Assembly (NCBI RefSeq): GCF_009914755.1
Contig: NC_060925.1
DNA from: the human T2T-CHM13v2.0 reference genome, Homo sapiens
Direction: 5' to 3' (one strand)
Length of the DNA stretch: 64,000 nt
The notes beneath the pieces were generated by a model. The model had not been told where the DNA came from, made no database searches, and saw only the letters and a program-made list of their open reading frames with translations. Positions within the stretch are counted from its first letter, which is position 1, and every line of letters starts with the position of its first letter. Positions 51,621-62,639 of this stretch are shown piece by piece. Position numbers and translations under genes: made by a program.

Positions 51621-54600
51621 GTAAGTGGGCCCTGAGGCTGGGGCTAGCAGGGGAGGTAGTAGTGGTCTCTCAGCTTGGGTGGGGCTGTGGAGCTGGGGCA
51701 GGGCTAGGCAGAAAGAAGCAGATCATAGAACCATGTGGCTGAGAAGGAAGGGCCTTCAGGAATCAGGCTCCTGATCTCCTCATTTTTAGAAGGGCAGAGA
51801 GGGGTGTGGCTGGTCTGAGGTCACACAGAGAGTCAGAGGCAGACCAGGCCCCCGACTCCTGACTCCTCTCTGAGCACCTGCTGCCTTTGGCCCCAACCAT
51901 CCCTGGTTGCCCTGAGCCTCACTCCTTCCTTCTTCCCACCCCAAGGCCCCCAACTCTGAGAACTCTTGACCCCTGGCCCTACCTCAGTCCTGCATTCGTT
52001 AGCATCTTGGCTAAGGTGATTTCTAAATGAGAAGGGGCTCATGTGCTCTCAGGGAAGTGTGCCAGGCTTATTCCAAGGTTCCTCTGTTCTCCATTGTTCC
52101 CAGGAGCCTCAGTGCTAGAGGCAGGGGCCAGGCTTTGGGGTCAGGGAAACCTGAGTTCAGGTCCCAGCTGCAACAATGAGAGCCTCATGTCCCTGGGAAC
52201 ATATGAGGCCTATCAGCTTTCTCAGGTGAACAATGAGAATAAGGACTATGCTGTGATCATTCAGCAACAGGACATACTGCAGCACCTGGCACGGTGCCTG
52301 GTGCCCGATCAGCAGGCAATAAATGGCTGCTATTATCACCACGCATTCCACAGAAGTGTGAGCACCTTTAGACTCTGCTGTGATTCAAGTCCCAGATGGT
52401 CACTTCCTAGGCTGTGGCCAGGTCAGAGACCCTCTCTGAGCCTCAGTTTCCTCATCTATAAAGGGGGGTGAACAGTCCCTGCCTTCTAGTGCTGGTGTGA
52501 GGAAGAATTGGGCTAACAGATGGTCACTGGCTCCTGGAAGTGGCCAGCCGAGAAAAGCACCAACTCCTCTGTGACTTTGGACAAATTGCTTCCAATGTTG
52601 GGCCTCCATTTTCACATCTGTAAAATGGATCTGTTTTGCTCATATGGCCTCCAAGAGGATCAGAGCTGACAAGGAAAATACAAGCAAAAGCTTAACAAGC
52701 ACAAGGCCCCACACATATTTATCACTCCCTCGTGACTGATTATTTTCCCTTAGGGGAAAGTCAGAGAACTGTTGGCTTTTGCATCTGAATAGCTGCTTCA
52801 AGTTCATCCTTCCCTACCCACTGCCCTGCCCTCACCCTGTATCTCCAGAGAATATTCCAACAGGCTGCTAACTGACCACCTACTGGTGTAAGACAGGGAG
52901 GTCCTGGATGGGGCTCAGTGGCGTGATCTGATTTCAACCCAGGGCAAGGGAAACTCCAAAACAGTACCCATAACTCTACTCAGGGCTCAAAGTCTCACAG
53001 TCAAACTGCAGCCCTCTCTGTCCTCCCGCCTCCAGTGTGGGAGCTCAGCTGGGAGCAGGGAGGGGATCAGCTCAGAGAAAGGGTGAGCACTACACATCTA
53101 AGGAGGTGATAACAAATCATACTCTGAAAGCGCACTTTGGGGAGGGAAGGATAAGGGGACAAGAGTGCACAATCAATGGCTTCACACACGTGACATCCGT
53201 TACCTCCTTTGCTCTTCGCACTGGCCCTGGGAGATGAATGGCGAGGCTCACAGAGAAAGTGACTCTGCCAAGATACATAGCTTAGAAACTGTGGAACCAG
53301 CCTCAGGCAGCTCTCTTCTGCCTCAGTTTTCACCCTCTGTGTCCCCACAGTGCCTGCACCGAGGGGAAGGAAATCTGCGGGGAGGGGGCAGGGCAGAGGT
53401 TCAGAGAGTCTTGAGAAATCCTCATCTCATCTATTTCCTTTCCAGTCGTCCATCCGTGCAAGTCGAGGGACCATTGGCGGCTATTTCCTGGCCGGGAGGT
53501 CCATGAGCTGGTGGCCAGTGAGTTGACCCTTCTCAACCACCCCTAGTGCAGAGGCTCCCAACTTTCTTCCTCCCCACTATCCAAGCACTTGTCCCATCTT
53601 CTCACACCTGGACCAAGGCAAAGACCTCCCCGTTGTGTTTCCTGACTCTGGGCCCCTTCTCTCCCGCCCAAACCCGCCCCGCAACCTGAGTGGTCCTGCT
53701 AGCACGCACCTTGGACAAACATCCCCTGGCCCCTCCTAGGTGTGGCCCTACATCTGGCACTTGACTTGCAGTGATGAATCTGGAATGTCCCTGTCCTAGA
53801 GAAGCTCAGAGCTGAGTGGGGCAGATAGATTCATAAACATCATGCGCACTGCTGAGCCAGAGGGAAGCAGGGGGCACTCACCAGAGCTTGGAAGCCCCTG
53901 ACCACCAGACAGTGGAGTCAGCTAGGGTTAGGAAAGATTTTGGGGGGAAGGTGACACATAAGCTTAATATTGAAGAACAGTTAAGTTAAGGGAATCACAG
54001 AGGTAAAATCCCCAGCAATCTCAGGGAATCGATCCCCAAAACTTTGTGAGCCACAGTTTCTCCCATCAAGCCACACCACATTTCTAAGTTAGGGGAATCA
54101 CAGAGGTAAAATCCCCAAAAACCTCAGGGAATCGATCCCCAAACCTTCGTGAGCCACAATTTCTCCCATCAAGCCACCTCACATTTCTATTGGTCCTCAA
54201 AATTAACTTCCTCCTCCTGGAATGGGATGGAGGGAGGAAAGCCCTGCCTCAAAAATTACCAGTAGAGTCATCAGCCCCAGTGGTAGCTGAAGCAGTATAC
54301 ACACCCAGGCATGCAAAACTCACACACGGCATGTGTGCATACCCACTCCCACATGCACACTCTCACACACTGACACACAACACTCACACTCACATACAAA
54401 GGCACCCACACATGTTCATACATGCCCGCACTCATACATGCTTGCAAACTCATGCACACAATCATACTCCTATTCTCACACTCACACCTTCTCTCACGCA
54501 CTCACACTCTCACTCTCATACACACTGTCACAATCACATACACTCACATGCAGTCTCACACTCATGCTCCTTTACATACTTACACGTGCACACTCAGACT

Positions 54601-57600
54601 CACACATTCATGCACACTCACACCACCAGCCATCTTCACGCCTCTCCCCACCCTTCTCCTTCTCACCACCTTCCCCACTCTCTAGTGGTCACAGACTCAT
54701 TAAAGAGTAGCAGAAACACAGGAGGCCTCCAGGGCTCTCTGGAAGGTTTAGGTATCTGGGACAGGAAGAAGTAGGAGCAGGGAGCTCTTGTCTGTCCAGC
54801 ATGACAGAATCCCCAGGGATGGCGGGGAGCTGGGCCTTGCAGCTCAGGAACAGTGGCGGGGTCACTGGTGCTACAGCCACCTTCTCATCAGGAAAAAGGA
54901 AAAACCCTTCAAAATGGTTCTTTTCAGCTAGTGCCCCCCAAATCACAGCCCTGGAAATGAAGGAAAGGAGGAGAAAGAAGCAGGACAGAGCAGGTTCCTC
55001 TGACCACTTCAGGAGAAGCCCAGGGGCCCTGCTGATTGTCTGGTCAACCCACAGAGAGCCGAGCTCTGGCCCAACGATTAGTGTGAGGAACCTGAGGCCT
55101 CCAAACAAGAGGGAGGCCTTGGCAGGCACTCCCAGGTTCCCACTGCGCCCCAAACACAGAGCAGGCACCCAGTGGGAAAGAGAGGATGTGCTCCCCATCC
55201 TCTGGTGGGCCAGGCTGTGAGCTGTGCCTCCTGCACCTGAGACCTGGGTCCTGCCTGAGGCCAGAGTAAGAACCAGCTCTGGGTAGGGAAAGCTCAGTCC
55301 CACCAGCACTGCTGGAGTGTTTGTCTGGGCATCTGCCCTGCCCTGAGTCTGTGCCCCATGAACAGTGTGGGGCTTGGGAGGCTGAGAGCAGAAGGTGCAG
55401 TCGCCCGTCCTCTTCCAGAGAGGTCTGCATGGTCCTCCTCCCCATGCCTCCCCTGCTGATCTTGTTGATGTCTCCTGGGTTAGGAGCAGGAGAAGTGAGG
55501 TTAAAAACCCTGGGCTGGGTTGGGGTGGAGGTGCCTCACTGCTCCAAGAACTGCCTGGGGGAGGCTTCTTCCCCTGAAGTAGGAGGCCTTGGTGTTCTTT
55601 GCTCTGACTGGGTGGTTCAGCCCAGCCCTACCAGCACCCTGGGACCGCCTGAGAGAGGAAGAGTGAGTGTGTGTGTGAGTGCCTGTGTGAATTTGTTTCC
55701 ATGTGTGAGTATGTATGCATGTGTGAATGTGGGCACTGTGTGTGTGCATGAGTGTGCTTGTGTGTGTGTGCTTTGCGAATGTATGTGCACGTGTGTGCAT
55801 ACCTGTGCGTGTGAGGGCATATGAGGACATGTGCATGTGTGTGAGTGTATGTGTGCGACTGTGCAAGTGCATGAGTGTGTGTGTCAGAGTGTGTGTGCGT
55901 GTGAGTGTGTGTACTGTGCCTGTGTGTGTGAGTGCATGTGTGTGTGCATGTGTGAGTGTGTGTGTACTGTGCCTGTGTGTGAGTGCATGTGTGTCAGAGT
56001 GTGTGTGTGTATGTGTGAGTGTGTGTGTACTGTGCCTGTGTGGGCGTGAGTGCATGTGTGTGTCAGAGTGTGTGTGTACTGTGCCTGTGTGTGATTGCAT
56101 GTGTGAGAGTGTGTGTGTACTGTGCCTGTGTGGGCGTGAGTGCATGTGTGTCAGAGTGTGTGTGTGTATGTGTGAGAGAGTGTGTGTACTGTGCCTGTGT
56201 GGGCGTGAGTGCATGTGTGTGTCAGAGTGTGTGTAATTGCATGAGTGTGTGTGTACTGTGCCTGTGTGGGTGTGAGTGCATGTGTGTCAGAGTGTGTGTG
56301 TGTGTACTGTGCCTGTGTGTGTGATTGCATCTGTGTGTGCATGTGTGAGAGTGTGTGTGTACTGTGCCTGTGTGTGTGTGAGTGTACATGTGAGTGTGCA
56401 TGTGCACATGTCAGAGGCGCTAGCACCAGGGCCTCAGCAATGTCAGGCCTGTTCCTCATTCTGTGCCTTTACACTGCTTACTGCCTTTGTCTGAATTTCT
56501 CAGTGCTTTTCCTCTCCTCTCACTTTCTCTCTCACAGCACCTCCGGAAGAACAGGAAGTTGGGCGGAAGTGAGTCCCACATTGTATAGGTGAAGAAGCTG
56601 AGGCGTTGATAGAGGAAGTGATTTTACTGTGGTGACATAGTATACAAAAAGGAACACGGCTCTGCCCCTAGCTGCCCCCAGCCCTCTCCCCGAGGTCTCC
56701 TTAAGCCTCCTCCCAGGCTCCAGAGCCCCTTCCTCTCCCCCTTCTCCCCTCCCAGTCAGAGATCCCATCTAATAATAAGAGAGAATATTGACCAAGTGCT
56801 CATTAAGTGGCAAGCACCATTTGTGTAGTGTTACTGGAGCCAGACAGCCAGGGATTGAATTCTCATTTGGTCACTTACTAGTTCTGAGACTTGGGCAAGT
56901 TACCTATCTGTGCCTCAGTTCACTCATGGGTAAGATGGGGATAAAAGTAGCACTGAGGGTTGTGGCGAGGATTAAATGAGTCCCCAAACTCAGAAGGCCA
57001 GCTGGTTCCTGGAGATGCTGCACAGGCCCTGACTGCCCTGATCATGCTCACCATCATCATTGCTCTCTACTGCCTCCAAGTGCTTGGCTGCGCCCCTGGA
57101 GAACTAACTCAGAGGTCGACCTGGCCTGTGCTCAGTCCCTCGGCTCCTCCCTCTGCCTGGCTATCCCTGGGGTGGTGGGAGGGCCTTTCCTTCCCTCCTG
57201 TGGGGCTTCCCTATCCCCTTCAGCTTCCTTCCTTTGGAGGCCCTCAGACCCATGGCCTCAGGGCGGAGGTCCACACTCCCCACTTCCAGGCTTCCTTCCC
57301 ACTTTCCCTTTTTTCCCACTTCACCATTTACTCACTGGGTGACCTGGAGCCATGAATTCATCTTTCCTTACATTAGTTCCTTCCTCTGTAACCTGGGATG
57401 ACTAATACCCCTCCCTGCGGATATCTGTGGAATTAAATGTATTTATGAATGCAGTGCCTGGCATACAGTGGGTACCCAACAAATATCAGCTCCTCACTAC
57501 TCATGGTCCTCGCTCCAGATTCATTCAGATCACTCCTGACTCCTGACCCTTGACCCAACTGTGCCTTGCAGATTGGAGCATCTCTGATGTCCAGCAATGT

Positions 57601-60600
57601 GGGCAGTGGCTTGTTCATCGGCCTGGCTGGGACAGGGGCTGCCGGAGGCCTTGCCGTAGGTGGCTTCGAGTGGAACGTAAGGAAGCTGGCCTGGTTTCTC
57701 CAGAATACTGAGGGTCTAACCCACCTCTGTCTCTGGCATTAGTGCTGGGAGGATCCTTAGAGATGCCTGGGAGGCTACATGGTGAATCGAGAATCCATTT
57801 CACAATTGAGAATCCATTTCACAGATGAGGAAATCAAGGTCTGGAGGAGACAGAGGGATCCATCCAAGGTCACACGGGAGGACTGGGGTCAGGTCCCAGG
57901 TCTCTTATTTCTCTGTTCGGGGGCCTCCCACAGCACAGCACTGCCTCTGGGTGGGAAGCCGCCCCTCTGTCTACATCCAGGACCTGGATACCTTCTTCTT
58001 CTCCCCACTCTCCCAGGCAACCTGGCTGCTCCTGGCCCTTGGCTGGGTCTTCGTCCCTGTGTACATCGCAGCAGGTGTGGTCACAATGCCGCAGTATCTG
58101 AAGAAGCGATTTGGGGGCCAGAGGATCCAGGTGTACATGTCTGTCCTGTCTCTCATCCTCTACATCTTCACCAAGATCTCGGTAGGTGTCACTGCAATGT
58201 GGTCACTGTGTCTGGAAATGCTAATTAGGGAACTGCTGAGTGCATCACCATGTGCGTGTTGCTGAGGGGAAGCTGACAATCACTGTTGAAAAAAAGGAAA
58301 GCAGGACCTATAAACATTTAATGCATGTTCTGCCTCAGCACTGGGGTACTCAGAGATGAATGATAAATGTTTTTGGAGTGAATGACAGCCCCTACACTCA
58401 AATAAATCACAATCCAGAGTTCATTCATTTATTTTTTCATTAATGGATTCTTTGTTCATCAACTGTGCATTAGTTGCCTAGATTTTTGGAGTTAGAAAGG
58501 TCTTTAGTCCTCCTCTACTGACCTAAAATCAGGAAACAAACCTAGACAGGTCAAATGACTTGCCCAAGCCCACACAGAGGGCTAGCTCTAGAACTGAAGC
58601 TGAAGTGTGGGTTCCATGACCCAGTCCAGGCTCCTTCCACTCTGTTATGTTTTAGACCCTGTAACAGGTTCACAAAACAATCATGGAATGGTATCCACAA
58701 GCATACAGTAAAGAGAACTGAATCACTCCGTTGCCAGGTCTAGGGCTGAAAAACACTTTAAGGCCCTTGTTCCACCAATATTTGAGAACATCCTAAGTCA
58801 GCTTAAGCTCAGGCTATAAGCCCATGTCTGCTAATAAACCCAAGTATGTAGATGACCCAGACCCATGCCTATCTGCACCAGGGCTCCTGCCGCATTGGGT
58901 CAGCCGTGGGCCACCTGACAGCCAAGCAGGCTCTGCTCTGCCAGGGAGCAGCCAGCAACTCTCCGGTTCTTCCTCTCTTCTCCTAAATGAGCTCTTCTTC
59001 TCCAGCCCAGCACCTTCCTTCACTTCCTCAGCCTTCCACTTCATTCCTCACCACTCCCTTCATGTCCAGCAGACCAGCTACGTGATTAAATTTATCTCAG
59101 TTTGGAGGCTTTATACAGTACTTCTCTGCTTTAAAGTCTCCATGGCGCCTCAGTGTCTGCAAGATAAAACCCACACTCCTTAGCATAGCACTTAAAGCTC
59201 ATTTTCATCATGTGATGAGGGCTGAGGGTGCCTGGTGTTGCTGGGCAGGCAGGTGATGTGTCCATACAACCCTACTGAGGGCCTCGGGTGGTCTGGCCTC
59301 TTGGGTCCTGGCTCTCTGCAGACTGACATCTTCTCTGGAGCCCTCTTCATCCAGATGGCATTGGGCTGGAACCTGTACCTCTCCACAGGGATCCTGCTGG
59401 TGGTGACTGCCGTCTACACCATTGCAGGTAGGCAGAGGGAAGAGGGCAAGAGGAAAGCTTCTGACTGGCAGAGACCCAGAGAGAAAGACTGAAGGAGAGA
59501 CAACCAGAGAGAGAGACAGAGTGACAGAAAGCTGATGCTGACAGAGAGGAGAAACAGGAGAGGCAGAGACAAAGAGAGGCTGAGACAGAGACGTAGAAGA
59601 GAAGAACACAGGGGAACAGAATGACAGACACAGGGACAGAGACCAGGGGGATAAAAAGGGCAGAAATGGGAGGAGGAACAGGTCAGGCAGAGACAGGGAA
59701 GGAGAGACAGTAAGAAATACCACAAAAGACTAACTGCCTGGGGAGCAGGGTAGAGAGGAGGACTATGACCCAAGCCAGAGTCACTGCAGGCTGCCCCAGG
59801 CAGAGACCACAACCCACCTCCTCCAAATCTCCTTGCACAGGGCTGGGCACCCTGGGAGGCCAGCACAGGACAGCCTTACTTATGGTTAAGTTGGGGTCCA
59901 GAGACAGGGGGGCATTTAGATGGGCATTGGGAGGAGAAAGCAGGGAGTATTCCTGGCAGAACTGCAAGTCAAGGAATGGACTTGGGATATTAAACAATAA
60001 CACAAAGCTGTGGTGTGATGGCCACAGTCAGCTGCTGTCAAGACAGAAAGAAGGGGCCCCAGCACCTTTGACTGTGACCAGCTGGCATCCTGCCGGGGAG
60101 GGAGAGAGGGGAACACTAGGTGCGGAGAAAGGCAGTGGCCAGAGTTCCCCTGCTAAGAGGGCTGTGTGTCTTCTCTGGTCTCCCCAGTGTGGCCATGCAC
60201 AGGGCAGGCAGCCAGAGAGGACCCCAAACTGGTGCTGACTGATGAGCCCTCTCCTTGGGTCCCCAGGTGGCCTCATGGCCGTGATCTACACAGATGCTCT
60301 GCAGACGGTGATCATGGTAGGGGGAGCCCTGGTCCTCATGTTTCTGGGTAAGGAAGAGACCTAAATATACCCCACTGTCATTCTTAAATTCCTCTCTGTC
60401 CTGTCTCTGCCACCTCCACAGTTCGATTGAAACTTTCCAGTGCATAGAGCCATGTGAGCCATGTCCCCTCTCCAGGCTGCAGCTCCCAAAGAGCAGGGTT
60501 CTCGCTACTTCAAACCAAGGGTCTTGAGCCCAAGCCCCATCTTCCTCCTTCACCCCCAATCCCCATGCCAGTTCCAACCTGAGGGCCCACATGAGGCTGG

Positions 60601-62482
60601 GGCTGGGCTTGCTGAGTGACAGGCTCAGTGGGGTTTCAGGGCTGCTTCACTCACTGTCTCCTCACAGGCTTTCAGGACGTGGGCTGGTACCCAGGCCTGG
60701 AGCAGCGGTACAGGCAGGCCATCCCTAATGTCACAGTCCCCAACACCACCTGTCACCTCCCACGGCCCGATGCTTTCCACATGCTTCGGGACCCTGTGAG
60801 CGGGGACATCCCTTGGCCAGGTCTCATTTTCGGGCTCACAGTGCTGGCCACCTGGTGTTGGTGCACAGACCAGGTAATCCCCCAGCCAGGCTTAGCCCAG
60901 CCTGCCAGGAAGTGGGGTGGCTTCCTGCAGAAAAACCCAGTGCCTGGATGCATAGAGGGTTGGACCTCATTCTGGGATTGTGACTGGACTGGAGTAGGGA
61001 CACAGTCATGCCCAGTGTCAGGGCTCACCTGTGGCTTAATGAGCCTCTCCTCTACCTGCGCTGCACTCCTCATTTGCTGCCCTTTCAGGTCATTGTGCAG
61101 CGGTCTCTCTCGGCCAAGAGTCTGTCTCATGCCAAGGGAGGCTCCGTGCTGGGGGGCTACCTGAAGATCCTCCCCATGTTCTTCATCGTCATGCCTGGCA
61201 TGATCAGCCGGGCCCTGTTCCCAGGTAAGAACGAGCCTTGCTCTCTGGGTATTGGGATCTGAGGCTTTCAAGGAGTGTCTGGAGAATGGGAATGTGGCCC
61301 TGGACAATGTTAGGCCAGAGCAGGGGTTGGCAAGGTTTGTCTATTAAGAATACATAGCCGGTCATGGTGGCATGCACCCATAGACCCAGCTACTTGGAAG
61401 GCTGAGGATCCTGAGTCCAGGAGCTTGAGTCCAGGAGGTTGAGGCTGCAGTGAGCTGTGATTGCCCCACTGCATTCCAGTTTGGGAGACAGAGCAAGAGA
61501 AACCCTATTGAAAAGAAAGAAAAGTAAAGAAAAGAGAAGAGAAGAGAAAAGAGGGAGGGAGGAAGGAAGGAAGGGGAAAGGAAGAAAAGAAGAAGAAAGA
61601 AAAAGAAAAAGAAAGGAAGGAAGGAAGGAGAAGAAAGGAAGAAAAAGAAAGAAAGAAAAGAAGAAGAAGAAGAAAAAAAGGAGGAGGAGGAGGAAAGAAA
61701 AGGAAGGAAGGAAGGGGAAGGAAGGAAGGAACGAAGAGAGGGAGGGAGGGAGGGAGGGAAAGGAAAGAAAAAGAAAAGAAAAGAAAAAAGAAAAGAAAAG
61801 AAGGCCAGGCATGGTGGCTCACTCCTGCAATCCCAGAACTTTGGGAGGCTGAGATGGGCGAATCATGAGGTCAGGAGTTCGAGACCAGCCTAACCAACAT
61901 GGTAAAACCCCGTCTCTACTAAAAATACAAAAATTAGCCGGGCGTGATGGCACATGCCTGTAATCCCAGCTATTCAGGAGGCTGAGGCAGGAGAATCACT
62001 TGAACCCAGGAGGTGGAGGTTGTAGTGAGCCAAGATTGCTCCATTGCACTCTAGCCTGAGTGACAGAGCGTGACTCCATCTCAAAAAAAAAAAAAAAAAA
62101 AAAAAAGATAGAAAAGAACACATAATAAGCAGTTTAGGCTTTGTGGGCCAAACATATGATAAGTATTTCAGTAGAAAAAATGTGAATCAGGTAATAAGTA
62201 TACGGACGAGAAATTTACCAAAGACCCAGACACCATTTGCCCCCCAACCTTGTAGACATGGGTCCCTGTCAGAGTCTCCAGTGAACATTATCCTGTAGTT
62301 TTGGAAAGCAAATACTAGGCCAACCTGAGAAGGCACGAGATCACGGACTCTAACTGCCATTACTTCTTCCACAGACGAGGTGGGCTGCGTGGACCCTGAT
62401 GTCTGCCAAAGAATCTGTGGGGCCCGAGTGGGATGTTCCAACATTGCCTACCCTAAGTTGGTCATGGCCCTCATGCCTGTTG
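51459..62482 (+). CDS. SLC5A9: SLC5A9 (SGLT4, sodium/glucose-mannose cotransporter, SSS family), coding exons 1-9 (about 380 aa); the gene continues beyond the window
   Basis: join(51459-51620,53446-53517,57572-57676,58017-58181,59322-59427,60267-60347,60668-60873,61089-61224,62375-62482). All introns are GT-AG, phases are consistent and there are no stops. SSS motifs YFLAGRS, SNVGSG, EWNA, YTDALQ, WCTDQVIVQR. Confidence 0.97.
53446..53517 (+). CDS. SLC5A9: SLC5A9 exon 2 ([24 protein letters not shown])
   Basis: tttcctttccag| ... CCA|gtgagt, 72 nt. Confidence 0.96.
53982..54187. repeat. 103-bp tandem duplication in SLC5A9 intron 2
   Basis: Units 53982-54084 and 54085-54187 differ at about 9 positions. 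Confidence 0.9.
54300..54630. repeat. Degenerate (CA)-rich tract
   Basis: cacacac/cactcaca low-complexity sequence. Confidence 0.85.
55663..56410. repeat. (TG)-rich compound minisatellite with a higher-order unit
   Basis: The anchor gtactgtgcctgtgtg recurs 9 times between 55911 and about 56375, with variable TG spacers. Confidence 0.92.
57572..57676 (+). CDS. SLC5A9: SLC5A9 exon 3 ([13 protein letters not shown]...GGFEWN)
   Basis: ccttgcag| ... AAC|gtaagg, 105 nt. Confidence 0.96.
57825..57899 (+). CDS. SLC5A9: SLC5A9 alternative in-frame cassette exon ([25 protein letters not shown]) derived from an antisense MIR
   Basis: tttcacag| 75 nt, phase 0-0, CAG|gtctct. It sits in MIR-core-like sequence (ccatttcacagatgaggaaa..ccaaggtcacac) and agrees with my recollection of a 25-aa-longer SLC5A9 isoform. 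Confidence 0.7.
58017..58181 (+). CDS. SLC5A9: SLC5A9 exon 4 ([10 protein letters not shown]...IFTKIS)
   Basis: ctctcccag| ... TCG|gtaggt, 165 nt. Confidence 0.96.
59322..59427 (+). CDS. SLC5A9: SLC5A9 exon 5 ([11 protein letters not shown]...VYTIA-G)
   Basis: ctctctgcag| ... GCAG|gtaggc, 106 nt. Confidence 0.96.
60267..60347 (+). CDS. SLC5A9: SLC5A9 exon 6 ([12 protein letters not shown]...LMFL-G)
   Basis: tccccag| ... CTGG|gtaagg, 81 nt. Confidence 0.96.
60668..60873 (+). CDS. SLC5A9: SLC5A9 exon 7 (FQDVGWYPG...WCWCTDQ), with N-glycosylation sequons NVT and NTT
   Basis: ctcctcacag| ... CAG|gtaatc, 206 nt. Confidence 0.96.
61089..61224 (+). CDS. SLC5A9: SLC5A9 exon 8 ([10 protein letters not shown]...SRALFP)
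   Basis: ccctttcag| ... CCAG|gtaaga, 136 nt. Confidence 0.96.
61356..62107 (+). mobile_element. Old Alu monomer (61356-61510) + about 290-bp polypurine tract + AluS (61803-62107), inserted in a MER58-like fossil
   Basis: Alu arms are recognisable, with GAAA/GGAA-rich sequence at 61510-61802. Flanking aagaatacata / aagaacacata may be the TSD of the whole composite. Confidence 0.88.
62375..62482 (+). CDS. SLC5A9: SLC5A9 exon 9 ([11 protein letters not shown]...ALMPV-G)
   Basis: ttcttccacag| ... GTTG|gtgagt, 108 nt. Confidence 0.96.
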
Positions 62483-62639
62483 GTGAGTCTCTTCTCCCCA
62501 CCCCACCCTGCACTCTCACCTCCAGCCTCCTCCAATCTCCACTGCCCAGGAGGGAAGGCACTAACATGGATGGGAAGAGGGAAGAAAACTATTCACCTCT
62601 GCACCCCCATCCTAACACATACACACACGTTTTACAGGC

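Noticed and set aside
54689-55309. 206-aa antisense ORF in SLC5A9 intron 2
   Set aside because: No recognisable domain and a non-ATG start; such ORFs are expected by chance in GC-rich sequence.
55911-56375. Constant 16-nt anchor with variable spacers, superficially CRISPR-like
   Set aside because: The spacers are themselves TG repeats related to each other, there are no cas genes, and the context is a eukaryotic intron. It is a minisatellite.
55501-56592. His/Thr-rich and Cys/Val-rich ORFs up to 237 aa (also 54190-54774)
   Set aside because: They are translations of TG/CA repeats; no independent evidence of coding.
61390-61852. Lys/Glu/Arg-rich and Phe/Leu/Ser-rich ORFs
   Set aside because: They are translations of the polypurine tract and flanking Alus.
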